Virus record (IMG/VR): IMGVR_UViG_3300025131_008672
Span: 1-61,170 of that record
Length of the DNA: 61,170 nucleotides
Source of the DNA: a virus
Taxonomy: Duplodnaviria; Caudoviricetes
Strand: one strand, 5' to 3'
The translations under genes and the position numbers were made by a program. Below are positions 38,114 to 48,022 of this stretch, one piece after another (the first letter of the stretch is position 1; each line of letters starts with the position of its first letter). Under the pieces are notes generated by a model. It was given only the letters and a program-made list of their open reading frames with translations, did not search any database and was not told where the DNA came from.

Positions 38114-38959
38114 TTATTCTTCTGAGACTGCTCTTCCTTTAAGAAGTTCCCAGTCTTTCTCGGGCCTAACTTCAAGATTTTTTTCCCACACTCCTTGCAG
38201 AACTGTAGGATTTAGTTCGTTCATTCTAGCAAAATATAGTAATGCATTTAAGTCTTTAGGAAAACATGAGCCCCCGAAACCTTTGAGGCCGTCTGGGCCC
38301 GGAGTCGAAAGATGCGTTGGGCCGATCCGTTGATCATATAAAGCATACTCTACCACCTTATCATAATCCACCCCGATTGGCTCACAAATCTGTTTAAACT
38401 CATTCGCAAAACTTACCTTGGTCGCCAAAAAACAATTAATGAAATATTTTACTGATTCGGCTGTGTTGGATCCTGTTTTCACGATAGGGGTTTTCTGAAA
38501 TACTTTACGGAACATATTTTTAATGATGGTGGTGGCGGGACGAGGGCCTCCAATAATAATCCTATTTTGATTTTTAAAATCATCAATATAATTGGCTTCC
38601 GTGAGAAATTCTGGATTAAAAACAATGTCAACATTGGCGCACTCCTCATTAAGTCGCGCGGTCGTACCCGGTACCACTGTTGATTTAATGACCACGATAT
38701 TTCCTAAATCAAAGGAATTAATGGCGCGTACAGCCCCCTCCAAAATCGATAAATCGCAAGATCCATCTCGTTTCATCGGCGTAGGAAGACATGTGAAAAC
38801 AATATGGGCTTTCGCACAGACATCCTCTAGAGATGAACATGTAGATACATTGGCTTTAAACTTATCATACGTTTCAATAGTAAAATGATTCTTCATACCT
38901 TCACGAATAGCTGTTCCCACAAACCCTTGACCGATTATGCCAATTACTTCTTTAGTCAT
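38114..38959 (-). CDS. UDP-glucose/GDP-mannose dehydrogenase family protein, short form (start revised to MTKEVIG)
   Basis: GIIGQGFVG Rossmann motif, CLPTP, IKSTVVPGT, FNPEFL, KYFINCFLATKVSFANE, GFGGSCFPKD; GGAGG SD; lacks the C-terminal domain. Confidence 0.9.
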   Translation of the reverse strand: MTKEVIGIIGQGFVGTAIREGMKNHFTIETYDKFKANVSTCSSLEDVCAKAHIVFTCLPTPMKRDGSCDLSILEGAVRAINSFDLGNIVVIKSTVVPGTTARLNEECANVDIVFNPEFLTEANYIDDFKNQNRIIIGGPRPATTIIKNMFRKVFQKTPIVKTGSNTAESVKYFINCFLATKVSFANEFKQICEPIGVDYDKVVEYALYDQRIGPTHLSTPGPDGLKGFGGSCFPKDLNALLYFARMNELNPTVLQGVWEKNLEVRPEKDWELLKGRAVSEE

Positions 38960-39836
38960 GGTGACCTCCTTCAATATTAAAACACCGGTGAATTCCGACC
39001 GGAATATCAATTGCAGCATCCCACCCATACTTTGACAATGACTCTGTATTAGCACGGGTTGTCGCCACCTCTCCGGGGCGTTCGGCCACATAATCAAACT
39101 CTACATCATGATATACTTGAACTATCTCTCTTACTTCATTAAGAGAAATGTTCTCTCCCGTTCCTACATCAAAAACAGCCCCATCAAAGCGGTCATTATA
39201 TTCCATACAATGAATATTCGCAGCTACTACGTCACTAACGTGAATCATATCACGTCGCTGTTCGCCATCGCCTGTAATAAACGGAGTGTCGCCCTCCAAA
39301 ATGGCGCGGCGCCAATTCGCGACTGCTGTAGCGTACGGTCCGTCAGCGCGCTGGTCTTCTGAATACACGTTGAAATATCTTAAACATACCGTATCTAGCC
39401 CATATACCTCGGAATATATGCCGCACTCTTTCTCGGTAATTAGCTTTTGTAGTGCATAGGGGTTTGTCGGACCATCACCGTTCCCCATCACCGACGATGA
39501 CGAAGAATAAATTACTCTTTTAACCGACTTACATTTGCGAGCGAAATTTAAAAGAACCGAGCCGGCCATTACATTGTTGTACATGGTCTCCACAGGACTT
39601 TCTAAACACAAGCCTATCCGTGGCCAACAAGCTAAATGAAAAACATACTCGGGCTCAAAGTTAATATAATGGGGATGAAATGAGCCGTCAGTTCCTTCCG
39701 CCAAAGATGTGATAACATCATGAGAAACGATATCCTTTAAATCTATTCCCATCACTTCATGACCTTGAGCAATCAATTCGCCGTAAAGGCGAGAGCCAAT
39801 ATATCCTTTATGTCCTGTTACTAAGCATTTAGCCAT
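38952..39836 (-). CDS. NAD-dependent nucleotide-sugar epimerase/dehydratase
   Basis: LVTGHKGYIG, SSSS, YALQK, LRYFNVY, GDGEQRRDMIHVSD. Confidence 0.9.
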   Translation of the reverse strand: MAKCLVTGHKGYIGSRLYGELIAQGHEVMGIDLKDIVSHDVITSLAEGTDGSFHPHYINFEPEYVFHLACWPRIGLCLESPVETMYNNVMAGSVLLNFARKCKSVKRVIYSSSSSVMGNGDGPTNPYALQKLITEKECGIYSEVYGLDTVCLRYFNVYSEDQRADGPYATAVANWRRAILEGDTPFITGDGEQRRDMIHVSDVVAANIHCMEYNDRFDGAVFDVGTGENISLNEVREIVQVYHDVEFDYVAERPGEVATTRANTESLSKYGWDAAIDIPVGIHRCFNIEGGHHD

Positions 39837-39848
39837 ATTATTACCTCC

Positions 39849-40553
39849 TTATTTCTTTTTAATAATACAAATATTGTTTTTGCGGCCGCCGTCATCGAGA
39901 ATGGTCCAATCCTGAATATTTTCTACCAGGTAGGCACATTCTGTCGGGGTCAGCGTCTTCGATAACCACTGCTTGGCGCGGTCCAGGACAGTAAACGCCT
40001 CTTCCAGAGTGTGTTCTTGAACATGGCGCGCCTTCATTAATCCTTTAGAATCCAGTTTATCCAAATTAACGTTAGTCTCCTCCCAATTATGGCCGCGACG
40101 AGACGCGGTGGAAAGATCCTCGACGATATAGAATCCCCCAGAATTTAAAAAGGGAAAAAGCGTCCCCAAACTAATCTGAATTGCGTCGGGCATATGGGCG
40201 CCGTCGTCAATAATATAATCATATCCAGTCAGACATGCTTCACCGCACCGCAAAAGGTCTTCGCGATGTAACTGATTGCCCCGAATAACATGAATGTCTA
40301 GTCCCTCTAACTCCGAAAGAGTAACCTCCTGGTCGGGCAGAAAAAAGGGATCCATACAATAAATCTCCCCTTGAGTAAAATATTCTTTCCACATCTTAGA
40401 CGAGCCACCTACTTTACCGGCTCCTATCTCTAATAAGCTTATGGGCTTCTCTTTTATTTCCTCAAATAGGGGGCCATAAACACGCTCGGTAAAAGTGTGA
40501 GTTGTCGCTTTGTCGGTACCATATTTGCGCCCTAATTTGGTTAACTCATGCAT
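39849..40553 (-). CDS. Class I SAM-dependent O-methyltransferase (MycE/NovP-like sugar MTase group)
   Basis: GTDK...HTF, LLEIGAG, MWKEYF, YIIDDGAH, GGFYIVED. Confidence 0.8.
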   Translation of the reverse strand: MHELTKLGRKYGTDKATTHTFTERVYGPLFEEIKEKPISLLEIGAGKVGGSSKMWKEYFTQGEIYCMDPFFLPDQEVTLSELEGLDIHVIRGNQLHREDLLRCGEACLTGYDYIIDDGAHMPDAIQISLGTLFPFLNSGGFYIVEDLSTASRRGHNWEETNVNLDKLDSKGLMKARHVQEHTLEEAFTVLDRAKQWLSKTLTPTECAYLVENIQDWTILDDGGRKNNICIIKKK

Positions 40554-41550
40554 TTTCTACCTGCTCTGCAATCCAAGCATATGTCTTTTCCATTCCACAC
40601 CGTAGAGCCTGTTGATAATCCCATCCCAGCTTCTCACGAATAAGAGTATTGTCGGAATTACGCCCTCGTACGCCCACCGGGGTTGGGAATCCATATTTGG
40701 CTTTGAAGCGTTCTCCATCAATATTATCAATTGTAAGACTCTTTCCGGAAATGTCAATTGCCATCTCAGCAAACTTATTGATGGCGATCATCTCTTCGGA
40801 TCCGATGTTCACGGGGCCCTCAAATGTAGGGTGGTCCATAAGGCGCCTGGTGGCCTCTATACACTCATCAATGTAGAGGAAGGACCTAGTTTGTAGGCCA
40901 TCCCCCCAAACTTCAATCTCGGCGCCCTCACGAGCTCTCGCGACCTTTCTACAGAAGGCGGCAGGAGCCTTCTCGCGGCCGCCGTCCCACGTGCCCAGAG
41001 GGCCAAAAATATTATGATAACGAGCTACCCGTATCGTAAGGCCATAATTGCGAGCAAAAGCAAACCATAAACGCTCACTGAATAATTTCTCCCATCCGTA
41101 TTCAGAATCCGGCTGGGCCGGATAGGCTGAATTTTCCGTACAGTTGGGATTGTCGGGATCCATTTGGTTGTGTTCCGGATACATGCACGCCGAAGAAGAG
41201 TAAAAGATTCGATTAACCTTCTTTTTAACACACTGTTCGGCAATATTGAGATTAATCATTGCCGAATTGTGCATGATGTCAGCATCATTCTCGCCGGTAA
41301 ATACGAATCCCGCGCCGCCCATATCTGCCGCAAATTGGTATATCTCATCGAGATCCTCGGTTACCACGCGATCGCACACTACCGGATTGCGCAAGTCGCC
41401 CTGTACAAATTCGTCTATCACCGTGGTGATGTCAAAAAACTCATGATATTTAAGATCGACAGCACGTACCCAATGACCTTCTTCTTTTAACCTTTTTGCC
41501 ATAGCGCCGCCAATAAATCCTCCAGCGCCACAGACTAATATTCTCTTCAT
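40546..41550 (-). CDS. GDP-mannose 3,5-epimerase-like enzyme
   Basis: GAGGFIG, FAADMGGAGF, YSSSACMYP, EYGWEKLFSE, GTWDGGREKAPAAFCRK, GVRGRNSDN are GME-specific motifs. Confidence 0.9.
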   Translation of the reverse strand: MKRILVCGAGGFIGGAMAKRLKEEGHWVRAVDLKYHEFFDITTVIDEFVQGDLRNPVVCDRVVTEDLDEIYQFAADMGGAGFVFTGENDADIMHNSAMINLNIAEQCVKKKVNRIFYSSSACMYPEHNQMDPDNPNCTENSAYPAQPDSEYGWEKLFSERLWFAFARNYGLTIRVARYHNIFGPLGTWDGGREKAPAAFCRKVARAREGAEIEVWGDGLQTRSFLYIDECIEATRRLMDHPTFEGPVNIGSEEMIAINKFAEMAIDISGKSLTIDNIDGERFKAKYGFPTPVGVRGRNSDNTLIREKLGWDYQQALRCGMEKTYAWIAEQVENA

Positions 41551-41551
41551 C

Positions 41552-42178
41552 TTAATCCTTCATAATAAATAAACTAGCGGGTTTGGAATGCTTACCGTCG
41601 CTCGTTTTACGTTCCACCCATTCGTACGTAACATCTAGGGTATCTAAAAAATTCTCCAGGTATTTTCTGCTCCACTCTGCGTATATACAGTTGTCGTGCT
41701 TATGAACAAAGTTAACACAATCATGACCCGCCAAAAAGTCCCGGAAAAAAGACACGATAAGGAGCTTATTCGTTACGCGCAACATTTCCTGGAGCAACAG
41801 GCGCGGGTCTTCCTTTTGATGATTTAAAACATCCAAACAGAGTATGCAGTCAAACTCTTCGTCTGCAAAATTTCCAAGATCGCGAAGGTCGCGATCGACT
41901 ACAGGAATATTTTTAAGTTCGCAGAATTTAATCAACTTGGGGGTTATTTCGGTCCCCAGATATCTGGCATCCGACGGATACCCACGATTATCTAGAACCT
42001 CTTTCATGCTTCCTGTACCGCAGCCTATGTCCAATACTGATTTCAGGCCCAGCTCTACAATCAGTGCACCCAACTCCTCTTTCCAGGGTTCCGGAGTGCC
42101 GCACCACCTTTGAAAATCTTTAAAGTTGCACGACTCTTGCCAAAAACGCAAGTGGGCATTTGTCTCGTTATCTGTCAT
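41552..42178 (-). CDS. Class I SAM-dependent methyltransferase
   Basis: VLDIGCGTG, FDCILCLDVLNH, EMLRV. Confidence 0.85.
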   Translation of the reverse strand: MTDNETNAHLRFWQESCNFKDFQRWCGTPEPWKEELGALIVELGLKSVLDIGCGTGSMKEVLDNRGYPSDARYLGTEITPKLIKFCELKNIPVVDRDLRDLGNFADEEFDCILCLDVLNHQKEDPRLLLQEMLRVTNKLLIVSFFRDFLAGHDCVNFVHKHDNCIYAEWSRKYLENFLDTLDVTYEWVERKTSDGKHSKPASLFIMKD

Positions 42179-42953
42179 CCGGAGTGTCCTTTACTAGATA
42201 ACATACAGGAGGTACTTCCAACTTATGGCGACTGGCCAGGTGCCTGCTTACATAAATTTGTAGAACCTCCTGTTGTCTTTCCGAAAGCATTTCGAAATCA
42301 GGACCATTCTGATCGTAATAATCAAGAGCCCACTCTAATTCTTCATATGTTGCCCCAATTTGCTCCTCATCAGACCTGTCATCCTCCCAGAGGCCGTCGG
42401 TAGGAGTGGCACTGATTATCTCTCCACTAATTCCCAAATGGTTCGCTAATTGCCTCACCTCACTCTTTAAAAGATCAGCGATGGGGCTGACATCCACTCC
42501 GCCATCTCCATATTTGGTAAAGAACCCAATTCCATAATCTTCTATTTTATTACCCGTACCTCCCACTAATAAATTATGAGTGTTCGCTATAGAATACAAA
42601 AGAGTCATTCGTAATCTAGAACGCGTGTTTACGAGGGCAAGATCAGAAAACTCTACATCTAAAGATTGGAACGTTTCATAAAGCTGGCTAAGGTCTATGG
42701 TCATAGAGGTTACATTCTCAAAGTTGTTTTTCAGCCACTGTATGTGCTTTTCAGCGCGGCTTACATGAGAGGGGGGTTGGTGAATAGGAAGAGCGACCAC
42801 CACTAGTTTGAGTCCCGTTAAAGCGCACAATGTTGACGTTACTGCCGAATCAATTCCCCCCGATACCCCAACAACGTAGCCCTCGGCGGACGCTGCCAAG
42901 GCCCGGTTCCGAAGCCACGCTATAATTGTAATACTCCCCCTTATATAGTCCAT
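42168..42953 (-). CDS. nadE: NH3-dependent NAD+ synthetase
   Basis: GVSGGIDSAV, NTRSRLRM, GTGNKIE, GFFTKYGDGGVD, PTDGLW...DEEQIGATYEELE. Confidence 0.93.
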   Translation of the reverse strand: MDYIRGSITIIAWLRNRALAASAEGYVVGVSGGIDSAVTSTLCALTGLKLVVVALPIHQPPSHVSRAEKHIQWLKNNFENVTSMTIDLSQLYETFQSLDVEFSDLALVNTRSRLRMTLLYSIANTHNLLVGGTGNKIEDYGIGFFTKYGDGGVDVSPIADLLKSEVRQLANHLGISGEIISATPTDGLWEDDRSDEEQIGATYEELEWALDYYDQNGPDFEMLSERQQEVLQIYVSRHLASRHKLEVPPVCYLVKDTPDDR

Positions 42954-42957
42954 CTCT

Positions 42958-43797
42958 TTAGTCCCATCTAAACCAGCCAGATAGTGGTATCTGACTTAAG
43001 TTCTTGTTTTTGGCACCCTTCCAGGGGCGCCATGGTCCATATACTCCCACCTTCTTGGCGTCACTTAAAGCCGCGGCCCACCAGGATAGTGTACCATGTT
43101 CAAACAAAATATTGTTGAAACTTCTGATAAAATTAAAATCTTCGCCTACGGTGCGTCGCGTAACCTGTGGATTATATGGAGCAAATCCCTCTACAAGCTC
43201 ATTAAAATATTTAACAGAATCTTCGATGGGGACGCGGTCATCGGGGAGAGTGTTTACATGAAATTTCATCGCTTGCAGCTCTTCCGGTGTCACAAGCTCC
43301 CATGTAGGCATATCGGTTACAATATGAAATTCACTAAACTCAAACTGATCAATAGCTCTTTTATAGCTGTCTACGCGCGGCTTCGAATAAAACTCATTTT
43401 TCATAAAGAGGCGGTCACCCGTACGCATATGTAAAACCAAGGCAGAATCTTCCCGGACAACTGGAAGAGGAAACCAAGACTTAATCTTTTCTATATGATT
43501 TATATAAAATCTATAATCTTCAAAATATCCATTAAGATGGAAGTGGGCCCCTTTATAAATAGGGTCAAACATTTTTGTATAATTAGCATCTGAAACAGAT
43601 TGAAGCATGGTGGGCAGTCGGCCGGGCCAAAATTCAATACCCAGTGCCTCTAGGTCGGGGATTCCGTAATAATCAGGCGTGGGGGGAACCGCGTACGCGG
43701 TGGCGTCGTGATATTCAGCCAGCAAACGCGCTGCGCAGTACTGAAAAAGGTTATTCCCAAAGCCGTTCGTAAATTGTGTAGTAACCTGTGCTGTCAT
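42958..43797 (-). CDS. GT11-like (alpha-1,2-fucosyltransferase-like) glycosyltransferase
   Basis: GFGNNLFQY, GYFED, LHMRTGD, GTLSWWAAAL. Confidence 0.8.
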   Translation of the reverse strand: MTAQVTTQFTNGFGNNLFQYCAARLLAEYHDATAYAVPPTPDYYGIPDLEALGIEFWPGRLPTMLQSVSDANYTKMFDPIYKGAHFHLNGYFEDYRFYINHIEKIKSWFPLPVVREDSALVLHMRTGDRLFMKNEFYSKPRVDSYKRAIDQFEFSEFHIVTDMPTWELVTPEELQAMKFHVNTLPDDRVPIEDSVKYFNELVEGFAPYNPQVTRRTVGEDFNFIRSFNNILFEHGTLSWWAAALSDAKKVGVYGPWRPWKGAKNKNLSQIPLSGWFRWD

Positions 43798-44501
43798 GTG
43801 TCCACTTTTTCAAACTCATAGCCAAAAGCTTCAATGTCTGCCTGTGAGCGCTCGCGGACGATTTCGACAAGATCGGGGGTATAATGAGAAGTATAGTGAG
43901 GCTCTGGGGTGCGAGTCTTACCCTGATGGTATCCAACGTGATTCTGGTGTGGTAATTCTAACTCTCCCACCCCTATCTTATCACAGACAAATTGAAAGTC
44001 TTTTTGGATATTTTCTACTCGGCCCACAAAGTCGACCATTAAAGCACCACTCTGATCGCTAATGTGTTCAATTTGATTTCGCATGTGCCACTTATCGTGC
44101 TGATATCCACTAATAGGCATCTCATAAGCGGCCCCGATCTGGCGCACAAAGTCCTCAAAACTAATTTCTCCGTCTTGTCCCTGCCAACCACGATCGGCCC
44201 AGCCAGTTCGCTGTCCGGTGCGCGTAAGCCAATGCCAGTTAGAAACATAGCGGTCCCACGGATTACGCACGAAACAAAACTTAAAAGTATTATTCCAAGC
44301 ATGAGATCCAACGACATGGCGCATAATCTGGGCGCGTGAAATCTTAAAATCAAACATGGCAAAGAGCGGAAGCGGAAGAATCGGATTTTTTATCATACTT
44401 GTCTTCTCGGTAATAAGTCCGCTCTCTTGATAGGGCTCAAAAGCTGTCATCATACTAGTTCCAGCAGCCTTAGGAACATGGATAAAGATACCTTTATACA
44501 T
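43794..44501 (-). CDS. Sulfotransferase (Sulfotransfer_2 family)
   Basis: 5'-PSB FIHVPKAAGTS, 3'-PB FVRNPWDRYVS, DFVGRVENIQKDF, DIEAFGYEF. Confidence 0.9.
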   Translation of the reverse strand: MYKGIFIHVPKAAGTSMMTAFEPYQESGLITEKTSMIKNPILPLPLFAMFDFKISRAQIMRHVVGSHAWNNTFKFCFVRNPWDRYVSNWHWLTRTGQRTGWADRGWQGQDGEISFEDFVRQIGAAYEMPISGYQHDKWHMRNQIEHISDQSGALMVDFVGRVENIQKDFQFVCDKIGVGELELPHQNHVGYHQGKTRTPEPHYTSHYTPDLVEIVRERSQADIEAFGYEFEKVDT

Positions 44502-45198
44502 TTTCTCTCCTCAAAAATAGTAAATCGCCGGAGTTGCCGGGGCTCGACAGTTGTGGCACAGGACTGAAACCTTTAATATCAAAATAAGTGGTGGTTTCCT
44601 CTCGCGTCATGGAACCTTCATACATCATCTCCCCATATTCAATCCAAACAAGACGAATGCGGCGAAGATCTGCACCCATCCCGTCGAGGACATTCTTCTC
44701 GGCGCCTTGTACATCTATCCACGCCAAATCAATTTCTTTGGGGCCCCCTTTCATGCGGAGCCACGAATCAAATCGTTGAGTGGAGACTTCAATCGTTTCC
44801 TCTTTATTAAGGTGATATCCTTTTTTCAACGACGAAGACCCCGAATTACTTAATTCTTCTTCGTTATAAAGGGCACGATCGATCCAGTCGTATTTCTCTG
44901 GGGGTGCACCACCATCTGTCGCTTGATAGCTTTGATAGAAGCTCGCTGTTCCGTCGACGTCCGAAAGGGCCACTTCATATAAAAAAGCGCGCGGATCCTG
45001 AACATACCGCCGGAATGTCTTAATACACCGCGGATCAGGCTCAAAACAGTGTAGTTCCACCCCGGGAAAGGTTTCGAGAAAGCGAAGAGAATCTTCTCCG
45101 AAATGTGCACCGATTTCCACAATAACTGGATTATCCTTGCCTACAATCCGCTTGAACACGTCAAACTTGGGCCCATAATGTTTCATTACGCTCTGCAT
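44494..45198 (-). CDS. FkbM-family methyltransferase
   Basis: VEIGAHFG, FEPDP, SGSSSL, WIDVQGAE. Confidence 0.9.
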   Translation of the reverse strand: MQSVMKHYGPKFDVFKRIVGKDNPVIVEIGAHFGEDSLRFLETFPGVELHCFEPDPRCIKTFRRYVQDPRAFLYEVALSDVDGTASFYQSYQATDGGAPPEKYDWIDRALYNEEELSNSGSSSLKKGYHLNKEETIEVSTQRFDSWLRMKGGPKEIDLAWIDVQGAEKNVLDGMGADLRRIRLVWIEYGEMMYEGSMTREETTTYFDIKGFSPVPQLSSPGNSGDLLFLRRENV

Positions 45199-46085
45199 TA
45201 GTGCGTCTCGGGCTCACGTAAGCTAGTAATGGTGGATAAAATACTATCATAATTTTGGTCCACCCAAGCCATTTTGTGAGCCTTGGTTCCCCTCCGCTTC
45301 ACAAACTCCAATATAGGAGCCGACAAAGGGGCCGCGATGGCGTCTAAAATCGCATTCGAAAGGCCCACTTCCTCTAACTTCTTTTGTATCCATGGTATCT
45401 TCGGGAAAGCCTCAAGACCATCCAGATATAAATTCAACACATTTTCACTCACGTCAAAAAGGTGATAAAACTCTTCCTTCACAAAAAAACTGTCCTGATA
45501 GGAGCAAACCACTCGATATCCCTTGCGCAAGAAAACTTCATTCATGGTGGTTAAGCTTTGTTGGATATTGTTCTGGGCTATCTTGGGCGGGACGCGGGGG
45601 TGCAAAGGGTGGAGCATCTGACCGCCTTCAATGCATACTACACTGGGAAGGTTTTTTTCAAAGGTCTCAAAAACTTCAACGTCTAGGCCGTCGATATCGA
45701 CAGAACAGAAGTCAATATGGCGATCGTGAGGAATTATAGGAGGACTTACGACGTCATCAAATAAGCTATCACTTGTATTAATGAATTTATTTAAACAAAT
45801 TACGCGGTCATGGTTTCCATAGGTGCGGCATAGTTCCTGATATTTGCCATCGTGTGGCTCGATTTGAACGGAGTACCATCCTTCGTCTATAAGATTTTTG
45901 GTGTTGGAATTATAGAGACCATCCCATGCACCAAATTCCACACACACCCCTTCCTTTATCCCCATTCGACGGAAGATCTCGCGAATTAAGTGATCATTCT
46001 GGTTGTAATCATAGGGCGTACGGCTGTTTTGAACTGTGCCGTGCCACTTATCATGGTAGCCAATAAAATCTAATAAATTTTCCAT
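45198..46085 (-). CDS. FkbM-like methyltransferase
   Basis: VEFGAWDG..NSNT, SVDIDGLD, PSVVCIE. Confidence 0.75.
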   Translation of the reverse strand: MENLLDFIGYHDKWHGTVQNSRTPYDYNQNDHLIREIFRRMGIKEGVCVEFGAWDGLYNSNTKNLIDEGWYSVQIEPHDGKYQELCRTYGNHDRVICLNKFINTSDSLFDDVVSPPIIPHDRHIDFCSVDIDGLDVEVFETFEKNLPSVVCIEGGQMLHPLHPRVPPKIAQNNIQQSLTTMNEVFLRKGYRVVCSYQDSFFVKEEFYHLFDVSENVLNLYLDGLEAFPKIPWIQKKLEEVGLSNAILDAIAAPLSAPILEFVKRRGTKAHKMAWVDQNYDSILSTITSLREPETH

Positions 46086-46089
46086 GTCC

Positions 46090-47250
46090 TTACGGGCGCC
46101 TTACTTCGTATAAGAACAGGTCACCATAAAGGGCCTGAACAGTTTCAATCACTTCTTGTACATCGGATATCAACACCTCATATCCCCCATAGGCAAGACC
46201 TACAGCAAACTCCAGCTGCTGCGACTCCTCGATCATGGTTGATCCTTCTTTATATGTGACGGATTCAAACCACACAGCAATTTTTTCACTATACGCGGTT
46301 TTATCATGACGCCCAAAAGCCACCACAGCTCCTTCGGGGGCTGGGTTGTTCTTAATATAGTCCTTCAGCTGAAACTGCAGGTGTTTCTTGTTCATCTCAT
46401 CGGTGGCCACAGAGATGTCAGCAGCCACATTGATATCAGATGCAAATATTCCTAACGCCCGATTATCGCGCGGGAAGCATGGACCACCATAACCAAAACC
46501 ATAACGCGTGAGCTTCTTACCGACCCGGCTATCTGCGCCGATGGCATCAAGAACTACCTGTGGTGATCCGCCTGCTTTCTTAACAATGTCGCCAACCATG
46601 TTGGTATACGCAATCTTGGTCGTCAAAAAACAGTTAAGAGAAATCTTTGTGATCTCAGCCTCTGTGGGACTCATGCGGCACACGCGCGGATTATTGTCAG
46701 TCATGCGCTCGTAAAGCTCTTCGAGGAGGTTACCAACCATTGGGTTGGCCTCTCCGATCAATATCATGTCGGGATTTTCTTGGTCGCGGATAATCGTTCC
46801 TTGGGCAATGAATTCTGGGTTGTAAGTGACTGTCCAATTGTACTCCTCAAGTCTCTTCCCAAGTTCTTCACAATATCCCGGCATAGTTGTGCAGTTCATT
46901 ACTAAATGCTTGGTTTCGTTTTGGGGACCCCGTTGCATCAAGTTGTCCACCAGCCCTTCAATCTGTGAATGATCGTATCGGCCATTCACGAGAGAGGGGG
47001 TCGCCACAATCACAAACACGATATTGGAGTGGGCAAGAGCTTTATCCAAATCTGTAGTGGCTTCGAAGTTCTTGCTCGCGGCAAGTCGGTTATTTACTCG
47101 CGCCTCCGAACTATTAAAACTTTTGTCATTGATGCTTTTAACATATGACTCGTCGATGTCTACTCCCACCACACGATAGCCAGCGCGGTCTAAGCTTAAG
47201 CTAAAACACAGCCCTAATTTACCAATCCCTATAACACCAATATTATCCAT
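46090..47250 (-). CDS. UDP-glucose/GDP-mannose dehydrogenase family protein
   Basis: GVIGIGKLG, VATPS, YNPEFIAQG, KISLNCFLTTKI, GYGGPCFPRD. Confidence 0.9.
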   Translation of the reverse strand: MDNIGVIGIGKLGLCFSLSLDRAGYRVVGVDIDESYVKSINDKSFNSSEARVNNRLAASKNFEATTDLDKALAHSNIVFVIVATPSLVNGRYDHSQIEGLVDNLMQRGPQNETKHLVMNCTTMPGYCEELGKRLEEYNWTVTYNPEFIAQGTIIRDQENPDMILIGEANPMVGNLLEELYERMTDNNPRVCRMSPTEAEITKISLNCFLTTKIAYTNMVGDIVKKAGGSPQVVLDAIGADSRVGKKLTRYGFGYGGPCFPRDNRALGIFASDINVAADISVATDEMNKKHLQFQLKDYIKNNPAPEGAVVAFGRHDKTAYSEKIAVWFESVTYKEGSTMIEESQQLEFAVGLAYGGYEVLISDVQEVIETVQALYGDLFLYEVRRP

Positions 47251-48022
47251 TGTTTTTCTCCAAAATATAAAAAGGGGGCAACTGGTCCTGTATCTCTAGT
47301 AAATCCTCAAAGTGGGTATTTAAAAATTGCTGCTTTTCGTTATCTAGATGGTCAAGGTTGCTTTTCCTGGGTTTCCATTCAAGCTCGATAAGACGATGTA
47401 CGGCTTCCGCTAATGTGTTATCCCACTCCAAAAATTTTCCTAGTTGATGAATGGTAGCCGCTGACGTCATCGACTCATATTTTAAGAAACCTATATCACA
47501 AGGCCGGCGCTGAGACATTAACCAGGATCTAAAAAACACATGCAGCCCGTCGAACTGGGACCAGAGCCGAAAGAAATTCGGTGTGGGAGTACCTGCGTCG
47601 AATGGCGTACGCTCGAATTTTGCAATTAAAGAAGGGCAAATTCTCAAATGAGACATTCCCTTCGCGCGACGAGTTACTACATCCTGAAGTCCCTTCTGGC
47701 CGACGGCCATGAGGTTCCCGATGGGAAGTTCGGAGGCCGAGTGGATGGACGCGTGGAGGTCCGGGCTGCCGTCATCGGTGATTGCCGGAGCGGACTTACT
47801 CATCAGCGAAATAAATGTATAACGGGGATCCCCATATATCAGGAGTGGCTTATCCTCACTTCTCAGAGGAAAGAGAGAATGTTGTTGAAACTCATAAGGT
47901 GCATGGGTGGGCCCACGCGTGTCTATGGACACCCGCGCGGCTCCGAGGAGTCTTTGCAAAAAGCGAGTACCCGATGAAGTATAACTAAATAACCGGATAC
48001 TCTCTGTCTTCTTCTTATTCAT
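47243..48022 (-). CDS. Divergent sulfotransferase-like protein
   Basis: SYTSSGTRFLQRLL resembles the 5'-PSB loop; YGDPR...S and LKYESM resemble the 3'-PB and following motifs; degenerate. Confidence 0.5.
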   Translation of the reverse strand: MNKKKTESIRLFSYTSSGTRFLQRLLGAARVSIDTRGPTHAPYEFQQHSLFPLRSEDKPLLIYGDPRYTFISLMSKSAPAITDDGSPDLHASIHSASELPIGNLMAVGQKGLQDVVTRRAKGMSHLRICPSLIAKFERTPFDAGTPTPNFFRLWSQFDGLHVFFRSWLMSQRRPCDIGFLKYESMTSAATIHQLGKFLEWDNTLAEAVHRLIELEWKPRKSNLDHLDNEKQQFLNTHFEDLLEIQDQLPPFYILEKNNG

